Positions 1 through 11,687 are shown, counted from the first letter of the stretch. The stretch: DNA of 20,000 nt from Proteromonas lacertae (GCA_002245135.1 NGBS01001189.1:57607-77606); one strand, 5' to 3'. Made by a program: numbers and translations. Notes: generated by a model not told the origin, from the sequence alone.

Positions 1-3000
1 CATTTCTCATTAGAGAAGAATATTCAAAGAATATCGTTTGGTGAAGTGTGTATTGGTAATGAAAGTCAGCAGATGAGTTTTGTATTGAGAAATACATCCT
101 CTAAGCAGAGAGTGTTTCAAGTGTATAGTGATCCGATCTTACCTCAACAATTTGGGAATATATCTGTTACACCATTTTTAATAGTGTCTGCTTCAACAGT
201 TGGTACTATTTGTCTATCAGATGAGAAGAGAATTCAATACGAAGAAGAAATGGAGAAGTTAAAGAGAAAAGCAAGAATACATCGTAGAAAAGGAAGACCT
301 GAGATGGCTGGAAGAGTCAAAGCACAAATTGATAGACTTCAGACTATAGTTAATGGTCAAACACCTTCTGATGATAATGAAAACAACAATTCAAATTCAA
401 ATGATCCTTCAACCCCTAGACCATCACCCGTTCCTTTTTTGACTTTACCAAATAAACCAAACAACAGTACAAGTAGTAATACGGATCAAATTATAGTTGA
501 AGAAATAAGACCAAAGAACGGATTGAGAATAACCTTAAAACCAGATGTATCTGTATGTATTTATGTTGTATTTTCAACCAAATTTGTTTCTTATATAAAC
601 GTCTCAAGCAGTGAAAAGGAAAGTAAATGTCACAGTATCAATCTATCAGGTAAAATCACAGTAAGTGAAGCAAGATATGATGATGAAGAAGGAAGAAAAA
701 AGATAGACTTCGATGTAGAAATAGTCAATCCCTATGAAAGAGTAAATGAAGAGACAAATATTAGTTGCAACAGTGCAGGAGCAATTAAAAAGAATAAAAT
801 AAGAAAATATAGTTATTCATCTCCAAGAGAAGTTTCAGACTCTACATCATCATCATCATCACATCAGAAGTCTGTATTACCAAGTTTAAAAGGAAAAATA
901 ATATGTTCAATTGCCAAAGAGTTTCTATTAGAAGGATCTACTAATAAGATATTGTTGAGAAATACAAACCAAACAACAATTACATTAATATCAAAATCAC
1001 CTTATCCAAGTTTTGTCGCTATTTCAATACCTGATTATGAGACTGATTATGGTACAATTCAGTTCAATTTGAATGATGAAAGTTCAAAGAATTTACAGTT
1101 AATTCCTGAGTCTCAAAGTTTAACATTATCATCTGCTGTTTTACCATCATCATCATCTTCAATATCATCATCATCTTCTTCTTCTTCTCTTTTACAAACA
1201 ACAACAATCATATCAAATGAAGAAAAAGGTACAGGAATAAAAAGTCCTAAAAGTTACAATACTGATTTGAAATTCATTATTCCTGCTTTTAATACAGTTA
1301 CAATTTATGTAACTTGTGAATTGATTGACAGAATTGATAAAATCAAAGAGAATTATCAAATTAGTACTGTAAAAATATCATCCATCTTAGACTCAACAAT
1401 TATAGAAGAAATTCCATTATATATTGCTCCAATCACTCCATCATTTAGAGTAAATTCAAATGAATTATCACTTGAACCATGTGGTACATATATACTTGGA
1501 AGTACATTAACAACAGTAGTGAGAGTGTGTAATTTATCAAAGAAACAGTTGGCATTGAAACTTAGTCATATTGATGGGAAGAAAGTGTTATATAATATAA
1601 AATATGATGAAACAATTACATTGAAGAAGAAAGAGAATAAAACTATTATTATAAAGTGCATTCCATTCTTTTACATTACTCAATTATCATTTTCATTATT
1701 AATTAAAAATACTGATTTCCCCTATGATCAAATACCTATTAATATTAATGGAAATATCACTAATTCAATTTGTTTTGATTTTATTGAGAAGAAAGATATG
1801 TGTATTGATTTTGGTTTATGTCCAATAATGAAGTATGATGTGAATGTAAATAAAGGATTTGAACAATTAACTAAGATAGAATCTATTAAAATAAAGAATA
1901 TTTCATCATTATCCATTCTATTGAAAGTATATTCAAATATTTCTAAACAATGTGAGGTTTGGGCAGATCCTGAAGGATTAGTTCCTTTAGAGTATGTTAA
2001 AATGAAAACAAACGAGACAATCACTTGTTATATAGGTTTATATCCTTATTTGCCTCAAGATAATCAAGAAAGTGGAAAATGTAGAGAAATAAAAGGAGGT
2101 TTGATCTTTCAAGCTTATCATTTCTCCAGTGCAAAAACCATTGAAGAAATCAAGAATACTTCACCTATTTATAAAGCTGTAATGGATATTAAAGCAATAG
2201 TTGGTGTAAGCTTATTATCAGTTGATCAAACAACAATTACAACTGAAATTATATACAATTCAAATGGAATTTCACCACCTTCAAACACTGTTATTTCGCT
2301 ATATAATAATTGTACACATTTATTATTACCGTTTCACATTGCCGTTGAATCTTATTCTCCAGCTAATTTAGTCTCCTTTTCATTCAAACCATCATCAAGC
2401 ATTATTAAACCATTAAGTTATGAAATGATTAATATTGAGTTAATACCAAAATCATGTGGTTTATTCAACTTAATATTGAGAGTATATAATAATAATTATA
2501 TTAATAATTATCAAACCATCTCAATAACTAGTATAATTGATGAAGAATGTATTAATGTTAGTGTATTAAAACCTGAAGAAGATAGTCCAATATCTTACAC
2601 ATTTTCATCTCCAATCACTAGACAAACATGCAATCAACAATATCAACAAATGCCTCCATTGTTGTTATCACCTTCTAACTCCAATACATCATTGCGAAAA
2701 GCTTCACAAAATAATAATTCTACACCATTTAGTACTGAAAGAACTATTCTTAATTATGCTTTAGGTAGAGTTTTATTAACTCCATTAGATGATTGTTTTA
2801 GTTATAAAATATTAGGAAGAACTACTGAATGTGTTAGTAATAATAGTACTTCAGCTAGTCCACCATGTTTATTACAATCTGATACAGTAAATAGTGAAGA
2901 AGGAGATGAAGAAATGAAAGATGAAGAGAGTGATAAAAAATGAATTATTAGAAATTACTAATATAAGTGATAAGTGTATTAATATATTTCCTGCAAGTAA

Positions 3001-6000
3001 TTTACCTTTGGTGATTAAATGGATTGCTTTAAATCCTATTGAAATATCTGATTATGATTTCCATTCAGATTCTACTAATATCTGTGATAAGAATTCTCTT
3101 AATATTATTGGTGAGTGTATTGTTATTCCACCAAGTACAAGTGTTTGTGCAAAATTACAGTTTAATCAAGAAATGCCAGTATATTATATATATTATTATT
3201 GTTATTGTATATAGATTGAATTATCAACTGATTCTATTGATTTAGGTATTGCCTATCCAATGAAAGGACAATTATGTTTTATACGACAAGATGATAGTGT
3301 TACAAAAATCACCAAAGTTATTAGAATTACTTATGAATATTGTCAAAGTTTATTTATAGCATCTCCACCTGTTATTGAGTTAAAAACTCCATTCCTTCCG
3401 ATATTAGGTAAGATAGATGAGAAATTCCAATGTGTTGTTAGGAATATTTCACATGTTATTGACTCGCTATTAATTGGACCAATTCCTGATTATATGACAA
3501 TAGATGAAGTGAATGAAAAATCAAAGATTACTGTAAGTCAATCAAAAGATGATAAATCAATCTATTCTGTAGAAATCTTCCCATTACAAGAAGCAAAAAT
3601 TTCATTTCATTTACTCTATGATCCTGAATTAGATATATTCAAAAAACACTGCAAAGATACTCAATCACAAGAACAACAACAACAACAACAACAAATTGAA
3701 GATAATAGCAATAACAATAATGAAAGTGTTAGTAGAGATATAACTATACCAATCAAGAATATTTACAATCCAAGAAATAGCAATGTAATTACTATAACCT
3801 ACAATATTTATGATAATATATTACAATATCCAAATCAAATTATTTTACCTCCTTGTTGTGTTGATAATAGAGATCCGAATGAAGAAATTATTTCATTATA
3901 CAATATATATGATGATAAACTAACAATCTCATTTATAGTTGAAATGGAAGATGGTAGAAAAGATATAGATATTATTTTGTTATCAAGATCCACAAAGAAT
4001 GTATTACAATCTGTGAATTTATCACCCAAAGATAAATATGAAATTGTTATATTCTCTATTCCAAGTAATAGTTTTAAGTTTCCAAATAATCAAAGCTTGA
4101 TTGAGTTTGAAGGTAATTTGCTTTTACAGTGTCATTCTTCGTCATTTGAATTAATTACATTAAAAATACCATTTAAAGGTCAAATAAAAGATACACCAAA
4201 ATACTCTATTTCTTCTGCTGATAATTTGATATTTATCTTAACACCATCAACAACTTCATCATCAATGCATTTAGATAAATCATCTTCACTTTCATTATCA
4301 GCTCCATTACATTCAAAATCTTCATTTTATTATATTTCTAATAATGATTTATCATTCACAATAGAAAATCACTCATCTACAGACAGTATTACATTACAAA
4401 TGTCATCTAAATCATATTACTATCCTGAGATGATATTCAAATTAGATAATGATACTAGAGACAGTGAAAGTGATAGTGTTTATACTGATACAATCTATCC
4501 AATGGTTACTCCAGAATTAGAGACAATAGATCCACTACAAAAACAGGTATTTCATGTTAGAATTATTGATGGTAAAAAGACATATTTTGATGGAAATAAT
4601 GGATTATTATTAACTGCTAATAGTGAAGCGAATGATAATAATAATAATAATCATTTAGAGAAAGTGATATTTGATAAAGATATTAAATCTAATGATGATG
4701 TATAATATATATATATATATATTATTTATTATTGTAATTCATATTTTGATTAGCTAACAATTGTTATTCAAATTAGAGATGTGAATATACCGACAGTTAA
4801 ACCAACTGAATTGTCCTTATTGTTATTACCGCAAATGTTATTTACTAAACCACTTCCATCATCATCATCTTCATCTATTAAAATGATGAGAAGATCATCC
4901 AGTACTACTGAATTATTACCAATGTCACAAACATCTCCACTTCCATCAACAAGATCATTTTCTATGAATACATATAATAATTCAACACAACCACTTACAA
5001 CAGTATCAAAACAACTGAAAAGTATATTTTATAAGTGTTTATAATAGATATTCCATCATCTTTATTACTTCAAAATAAAAACTCAATTAAACAACCATTT
5101 TACCATATAAATGCTGGTAGAATAATGTTAAACAAAGCATCAATTGATTATACCATTATCCTATCAAAAGAAGGTGTAGATAATGTTAATTATAGAATAA
5201 TCTGTTTAAATCCATCAACTTCAATTAATTGTACAATTAATAAGATGAAAGGAACAATTGGAACTAATCAAATATTAAGTGAACCAATCACCATAACATT
5301 ACATCCAATAAAAATTGGAACTTATGAGAATTTGTTGTTAATATTTAATGAGAATAATTCAATTGATTTCTTTGTTGTTATGATTGAAATGTCAGTAGTG
5401 AATGAAGATTTCATTTATTCTATTCCTAAATCTTTAACAACTGCTTCAAGTAGTTCAACATCAACAATTACTCCATTTTTAATCACATATTATAATGAAA
5501 TGAATTATGTAGAATTAAATCCATCTGACAGTGAGATTTACACTATTCATCTAGATGATGTTGTTTCTAATCAATTCAGCCGTGTTTTCCCATTCACTAT
5601 TAGAAATAACACATCTATTTTGTTATGTATTAATATTGAATATGAGAATAATGAACAGAAATCAATTCTTAACTTTTCACTAACTCCAAGAAGAAAGACA
5701 TTTATTGAAACATTGTATATATTATTATTATTATTTGTTACTATATTGTGTTTTAGAAGGATTCCTCCAAATGAGTCATATAGAATATATCCAATGCTTT
5801 TCCCTTCAAATTGTGATTCAATGTTGTATAATGAAATAAACATCAAATTCTCATGTTATAATATTAATTCATCAATTCAGATATGTTATAAACCAAAGCA
5901 AGTATTAGTATCATCAATTATAAACAGAGAAATTGTATATATATATATATTATTATTATATTGTCGAATAGGATGAAGAGAAAGTTCAATCAACCAATAT

Positions 6001-6848
6001 TGTTATATCCTCTCATTCAACAGAATATACTTTAAAGATAGAGAAGCCAAAAGAAGGTGATACTCCTTTTCTATATTTATTGAGTATCAGTGATTGGATA
6101 AAGATTGATGTTTCTGGTGAAGAGAAATATGAAGAAGAGGATGGAAATGATAAACATAATAAAGTAGAAGGAATAAAGATCCAAAAGATCATGTTAAAGG
6201 ATGAAGGAAGTGTAATTAAAATAACAAAAGTGAAAAGTGATAATGAGCAATTATACCCTCAATATTTGTTATTATGCAATCCAAATAATATGAATGATTA
6301 TCAATTCTATGCCATTCATCTTGATGAGTATTTACTACTATTTTTTATTATATTTTGTATATAGAATTCATGCTTTATTAAACATTGATCATTTTCAATC
6401 AATAATACTGAAATTTCTACAAGTATAATCTCTTTTATATTATTATAGTATCATTCATTATATTGTGATAATACTTTCAACTGTGGTGATTTTATGACAG
6501 AAGTAAACAAATATTTTATGTATTACCATTTAATATCATCAATATTCATCTATTATTCTGAAAATGTATATATTATATATAATTTTTTAATAGGATCAAT
6601 CATTTTACAATCTTTATTCCAGTTCATTGTTGTTTTGGGGAGGAATTTATTACTTTCCTTCATTTACTCAAAGTTTGCTAGTTGTATTATTCATTATTTA
6701 TATTTATATTTTATATTAGGATTGTAATGATGAAAAGAAGGAAATGATAATTAACAACTTACTAAAACCATTTTTAGAGTATATAAGGCATAGTCCAAAG
6801 GATCTTGAGACAATTAGCGGATTAATAGAAATATATAACGTATATTAA
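1..6848 (+). CDS. Giant (>2170 aa in window, 5' end upstream) protein with multiple probable ASH/PapD-like immunoglobulin-fold domains and Ser/Asn/Gln low-complexity linkers; function unknown
   Basis: Frame 1 is open from base 1. The ORFs at 46, 2921, 3260, 4781, 5035, 6080 and 6494 join through nine GTAT..TAG introns: 3179-3214, 4700-4753, 5022-5047, 5715-5756, 5935-5971, 6328-6364, 6423-6448, 6566-6593, 6684-6719. The gene ends at TAA 6846-6848 (..GLIEIYNVY*). One +1 frame break at the A6 run 2935-2940 followed by TGA 2941-2943. Recurrent motifs ISFGEVCIG..FVLRN, IDFGLCPI..IKIKN, VRVCN, ISLYN, FTIRN resemble ASH-type beta-sandwich repeats (inference). Confidence 0.75.
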
Positions 6849-7017
6849 CTCATATAATGTATAGTTGATAAAAGAATATGAAAAGAAATAGATAATATCT
6901 CTTAATTCATATAGAATTTTCTAATTATCAATATTTTGTAAATCTCTATAAATACAATTAAAAAAAACATTAATTTTAAACTTAATATGAAAAATTACAC
7001 TATTATTAACATTGGTT

Positions 7018-9474
7018 TTAACTGGATGACCATATCTTAAACAATGATTCTTTCAAATCTTTCAATCCTTTACTAGATGACTTATTACCAATTTCAATAT
7101 CACTATCTCTACCAGACTCATCATCATCATCATCATCATCATATTCACTCTCACTTCTATCTATCTTATCTTTATCAGTCAATTCTTGTAAGAAATTGAC
7201 AATATTTATCATATTTACACTAATATCACCATTCGATATAATTTCTAAAGCACATTCATAAGGAGTGAAATTTCTATTGTTTCTATTATTCACATTTGCG
7301 TTATATTTCACTAATTCTTTGACAATTTTAAAGAAACCACCTTCAGTAGCAAAATGTAATGGAGTATTATAATCTTTATCAATACAATTTGGATTTGCAC
7401 AATTCTTTAATAGTAATTTGACAATATTCAGATGCCCTCCAACGCAAGCAGCATGTAGTGCAGTCTTACCATCATTATCTCTTCCTTCAATATTAATATT
7501 ATAATCACAATTCAATAAGATTTCTACCGCTTCTGTTAATCCTAAGAAAGATGCGTTATAGAGTGGTGTATGTCCATTACTATCTCTTCCGTTTGGATTG
7601 ATTCCTTTTCTTAATAAAACACTAATTGATTTTACATCATTTGTTTTAATTACTCTGTTGAATTCATTTGGTGAAACAAATTGATTTTGTTGTTGTTTGA
7701 TATAATTATTCACATTTGATAGATTTGTTACTGTAGTGATTGAACCTACTGATGATGTTGGAGAATGAATAATCATATTATTATCATTATATTGTTGTTG
7801 ATATATCTCATTATTATTATTATAATCTGTTGCTGATTGCTGTTCATTTGAAGCAGTTGTATTACCATAATAATATTCATTATATTGTTCTTCAGTCATA
7901 TATCCATCTTGTGGTGCTTCCCATGTGCTTTCATTATTAATTATATTTATATAATATGGTACTCCATTATCATAATACCTAACCCATTCCTTCATATTGT
8001 TGGTGTTGTTATTTTCTACGGATATTGGTGTATTTAAATCACTTGTATTAAACACTAATGGTTCAACATATTCATACTGTTGTTGAGGTATTAATAATGA
8101 TTGTTGTTGTTGTTGTAATATATAATTATTCTCAGAATCATCAATTGGCATTGCTTTTAGTGGTTTATGATTTGACTTACTATGACAAATAGATGATGTT
8201 GTTGTTGTTGATAATGTAACAGGAGTTGGTAGTTGAGATGAATCAATAGGAATATTATTATTATTATTATTATTATTATCTTCAGATTGTTTAGTTACAG
8301 ATATAACTGGAGGTGAATGTTTTGGTGGGACTTTACGAAAATTGAAATGTAAATTGATTGGCATTGAATTACTATCTGAAGGTGATGGTAAAACTAAAGG
8401 AATATTATTATTATTATTATTATCTAATGTTAACTGTGATTTGAATTGTGTTTGAGATGGTGATGGTAATACTGCTGGTTGTTGTGGTTGTGTCGATTGT
8501 ATTGGTTGTATTGGTTGTTGTGATTGTTGTGGATGATTAAGAATTGGTGAATTACCTTTTGAGTTTAATGATGTGTCTTTGATACAAGGTGATATTGATC
8601 TTCTTCTTACATTATTATTATTATTATTGCTGTTGTTGCTAGTAATTAAAGGAATAGACTTATTGTTTAGTGAAGAAGGTGCTGAATTTGGTTTATTTTT
8701 GTCTGATAAAGGTAAATTTGTGCTAAATGTATCAATATTAGCTATTATTGGTTTAAAATCATTAGAATTTACTTCTACCTTACTTGGAGATGTATTTTCA
8801 GAAATTGAATTTTGAAATGAAGGAGGTGTAAGAAATGTTTCATGTTTGATTATTTGGTTGTTTAGTGGAGTTAAAGGTATATTTATATTTGGTGTTGTAG
8901 CTGATGAAGAACATTGAGATATTGTTTCATCCAAAACATTAATTTTACTTAACACCTCTGTTAGTCTTTCTTCTAGTTTTTTCCTACTGTTCTGTTCTTC
9001 TTCTATTTTATGTTCTAGTTTGTTGTTCTTCTCTGTTAGTTCATCAATATTTTTGGTTAATACTGTTACAGTATTCTGCATATACTTCAAAATCTATAGT
9101 ACAAAATATAAAACACGTTAATAAATACATCTGATTGACTCTGCTGTGTCTGGCTTTCTATTAAACCTATTCGTTTGTCAATTTGATTTATAGAATCTAA
9201 ATGACTTTGAAAAGCTGACTAATAAAAAATATAACAATAGTTAATACACGAAGTTTGATATATTCGCTTTGCATTACAGCGAATGCGTCTGAACCATCAG
9301 AATCATCTAAATGGTAATATAGATTATAATACCTAAACCATCTAAAGCTGTTTCAATTCTTAGTTCAACTCTTTGATCACGAGTCAAAATTATGGATGAT
9401 TTTTGTTGAGGAACCTTCTGTTTTTCTTCTGCACTCTCGCTCTCGCATGTGTTAGTTTTGTGTTCATCATTCAT
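7018..9474 (-). CDS. Coiled-coil + low-complexity linker + WW domain + ankyrin-repeat protein (~788 aa)
   Basis: ATG at 9474 (MNDEHKTNTCESE..). Introns 9307-9332, 9219-9247 and 9094-9128 splice in frame into ORF 7018-9090. WW motif EWVRYYDNGVPYYINIINNESTWEAP at ~7912-7989. Ankyrin motifs GHTPLYNA, GKTALHAAC, YNTPLHFA, NFTPYECA at ~7250-7660. N-terminal heptad-rich segment and acidic poly-Asp near the C-terminus. Probable 5'UTR intron with donor GTAC at 9529. Confidence 0.88.
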
Positions 9475-9639
9475 TCTGCTGAATTAATTCTTATATAACA
9501 TCAAAAGAGAAAAATAGATTTGAACGTACCTGTTATCAAGCCTGATATTTGATCATTTGAAATTTTTATTTTTGAATTTTTCTTCGCAAATACATTAATA
9601 AAAATAAAAAAATGCTATACATTAAACTACTAGAAATTC

Positions 9640-10604
9640 TTATGCTTCACACACATCATAGTTAACATCTTCTTCCTCCATTTCTTCTTCATCACCTTCA
9701 TCATCACCATCTTCCTTTTTATTGAACAGAAGAGAAGGATTGACAATTTTATTGTAATTTTTAGTTACTAAATCATAAAATACAGTATAATTATTCCTCA
9801 ATTCCAACAAATTAGCTCTAACCGAAATAATCTGTCTATTATCAAAATCCAACATCTTTTTATGATAGTCTTCCACCTCATAAGTACATAATAAATTCTG
9901 AACCTAAAGGCTGCACGATTTGTAAATACACTTAATAAATTTTCAATTATATTGGTTGTTGCATCTTCTACTTCTCCGCATTGGCTTATCATATCTTGTT
10001 GAATATCAACTGTGAAACTATATCCTTCTTTTACTGCTGGTATTTGTAATTGTATCCACGCATGAATGTTTACTAATATATCATAACAATTATAAAGAAG
10101 ATTGTATAGTGTAAATAAAAGATTCTCTAAATTCTATTTTGAATTAATAAAGAGTAAATGTTATACTTTATTTATTGGTATCAGTTCAGAACAAGTAGTA
10201 TCTTTATGCGCTTCTTTTATCTGATTGATGAGAACTTGATTAATCTTTCCTGTATTCTATAAACAATAATCTAAGAAGAAAATACTTTTATTGGATAGTT
10301 ACTTTCACCATCAACACTTTTACAACTATCAAAAGCACTTTGTGCTAATTTATGAGCTTCATTCAATGTATCTATAGCATCTAACAATTTCACATCATTA
10401 TTAATTTCTATTGTCCCGTCTATGCTACTTTGACCATAATCTTGAGGTAAAGACTACATATGTAGATATTACAATCGTACATCAATTATTTTCTGTATTC
10501 GTACTAATAGCTTCAGGTAATTGTTTAATATACCCTTCTTTCCCTTCAGAACTGATTTCAGTTTTTATAGCAACTATTTCTGGATCATATGGAATTGAAC
10601 TCAT
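9640..10604 (-). CDS. Proteasome activator PA28/REG (11S, PSME-family) homolog, divergent, ~290 aa; two frame breaks as assembled
   Basis: ATG at 10604; introns 10454-10480, 10257-10285, 10134-10166. The translation AWIQLQIPAVKEGYSFTVDIQQD..FTNRAA.VQNLLCTYEVEDYHKKMLDFDNRQIISVRANLLELRNNYTVFYDLVTKNYNKIVNP aligns without gaps to the PA28 C-terminal domain (WxQLxIPRIEDGNNFGV..TRAKLVSKIAKYPHVEDY..ELRNQYVTLHDMILKNIEKIKRP). It needs a +1 correction near 10482-10510 and a +2 correction near 9902-9908. Confidence 0.85.
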
Positions 10605-10682
10605 TGAAATATCTTATTAAATATTTATCAGGCTTGATTTTGAGTTTGAACATTATTTTTGATTTTTATAATTTCCTCAATT
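10605..10682. promoter_or_regulatory. 78-bp bidirectional promoter/5'UTR region between divergent PA28 and SPF27 genes, containing TATCAGGCTTGAT (10626-10638)
   Basis: Head-to-head ATGs at 10604 (-) and 10683 (+). The 13-mer recurs exactly, in reverse complement, at 9535-9547 upstream of the WW/ankyrin gene. Confidence 0.65.
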
Positions 10683-11452
10683 ATGCCTTTGGTTGATAAA
10701 ATTACAGGAAATATTCCCATTGATTCTCTTTCATATATCGATCCTGAAGTATTCGCAATAATATAATTATATTTAGTACAATACACAAGAAGTTCAAGAT
10801 ATGGTCGATAGTTTAATACAAGCTGTATATAAATGCATAATTATGTGTAAATAGGAAATGCAGAAATTTGTTCCAATAGATTATCTTGCTGATTTACCTC
10901 TTCCAGAAATGACTTTTGGTGGAAGTAAAATACTACAAGTATATATCAAAAATAGTGAATGTAATATATTTATGAATAGTCAGAATATAAACGAATGATG
11001 GAAGGAATAAAAATGCCAGAGATGGATGTAAGTCGATACAGAATGGATCCACCTCCTGCATCTAAGGCAAATGATGTTAATGCATGGAAAGATGTGTATA
11101 ATAATGCAAAAGCACAACTTGAACATCAAAAATCTCGTTTAATAAATATTGAACTTCTTGAAACATATGGTCCATCTGCATGGGGCCATTGTAATGAAGA
11201 TTTAGAATCGAATTTGAAATAGTATTGTTACTATAATAATTAAATATTCCTAATAGTATTGAATCAAAAGCTGAAAGAGTATCAAATAGTGTGGAAGAAA
11301 TAAATAAGAAAAGAAAGCGAAATCAAATAGAAAATAAACAGAAATTAGAATCCTTACACCAGAAATGGAATGAATTAATAGTTAGAAATTTGAGAACTGA
11401 AGCAGCTATCAATGAAATAGAAAATGAGATTAAAAAGAGGAAGGTAGAATAA
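10683..11452 (+). CDS. BCAS2: Pre-mRNA splicing factor SPF27/BCAS2 (Prp19/NTC complex), 211 aa
   Basis: ATG at 10683; introns 10749-10776, 10825-10854, 10939-10979, 11222-11256; intact frame to TAA 11450-11452. Family motifs IDSLSYIDPEY, LIQAEM, DVSRYRMDPP, AWKDVYNNAKAQLEHQKSRLINIELLETYGPSAW, EEINKKRKRNQ, KWNELIVRN. Confidence 0.93.
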
Positions 11453-11687
11453 TTGTTATTATGTTGTAGGTTTGTTTTTATGTAAATTAATTTGCTTAAA
11501 GAACATAAGTTTTATTAATCATTCATCATGAATATTATTTATTGATTAATCGAGATGATATAATATTTATAGGAAACATCATTCATACAAAAAATGTAAT
11601 TAAAATGGGTCTAAGCCAAAATTTTGGTTCATATACGTTGAACAACAGTTGAAAAATTTCGAATTATTCAACATTACGAAGCACACC

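Noticed and set aside
1728..2024. Small alternative-frame or antisense ORFs (1728-2024, 3039-3245, 3835-4029, 5571-5846, 8573-8815, 10411-10620, 15747-15935, 19508-19756)
   Set aside because: All overlap better-supported genes and reflect AT-rich or low-complexity shadows; for example the Phe-rich 19508 ORF is the antisense of the Lys/Glu tail.
2941..2943. Stop-codon reassignment or readthrough (alternative genetic code)
   Set aside because: Coding continues in a different frame after each premature stop rather than the same frame. TGG is used for Trp, TAA ends genes normally, and the long ORFs contain no internal stops.
10441..10504. 64-nt GTAC..AAG intron as a fix for the PA28 exon-1 frame break
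   Set aside because: It restores the frame but is longer than all other introns, ends in AAG unlike all 24 TAG acceptors, and contains a good 27-nt intron. A single extra base is simpler.
9535..10638. DNA transposon or Pack-element carrying PA28 between 13-bp TIRs
   Set aside because: No target-site duplication or transposase. The motif is itself nearly palindromic and sits at gene starts, so a regulatory site is the simpler explanation.
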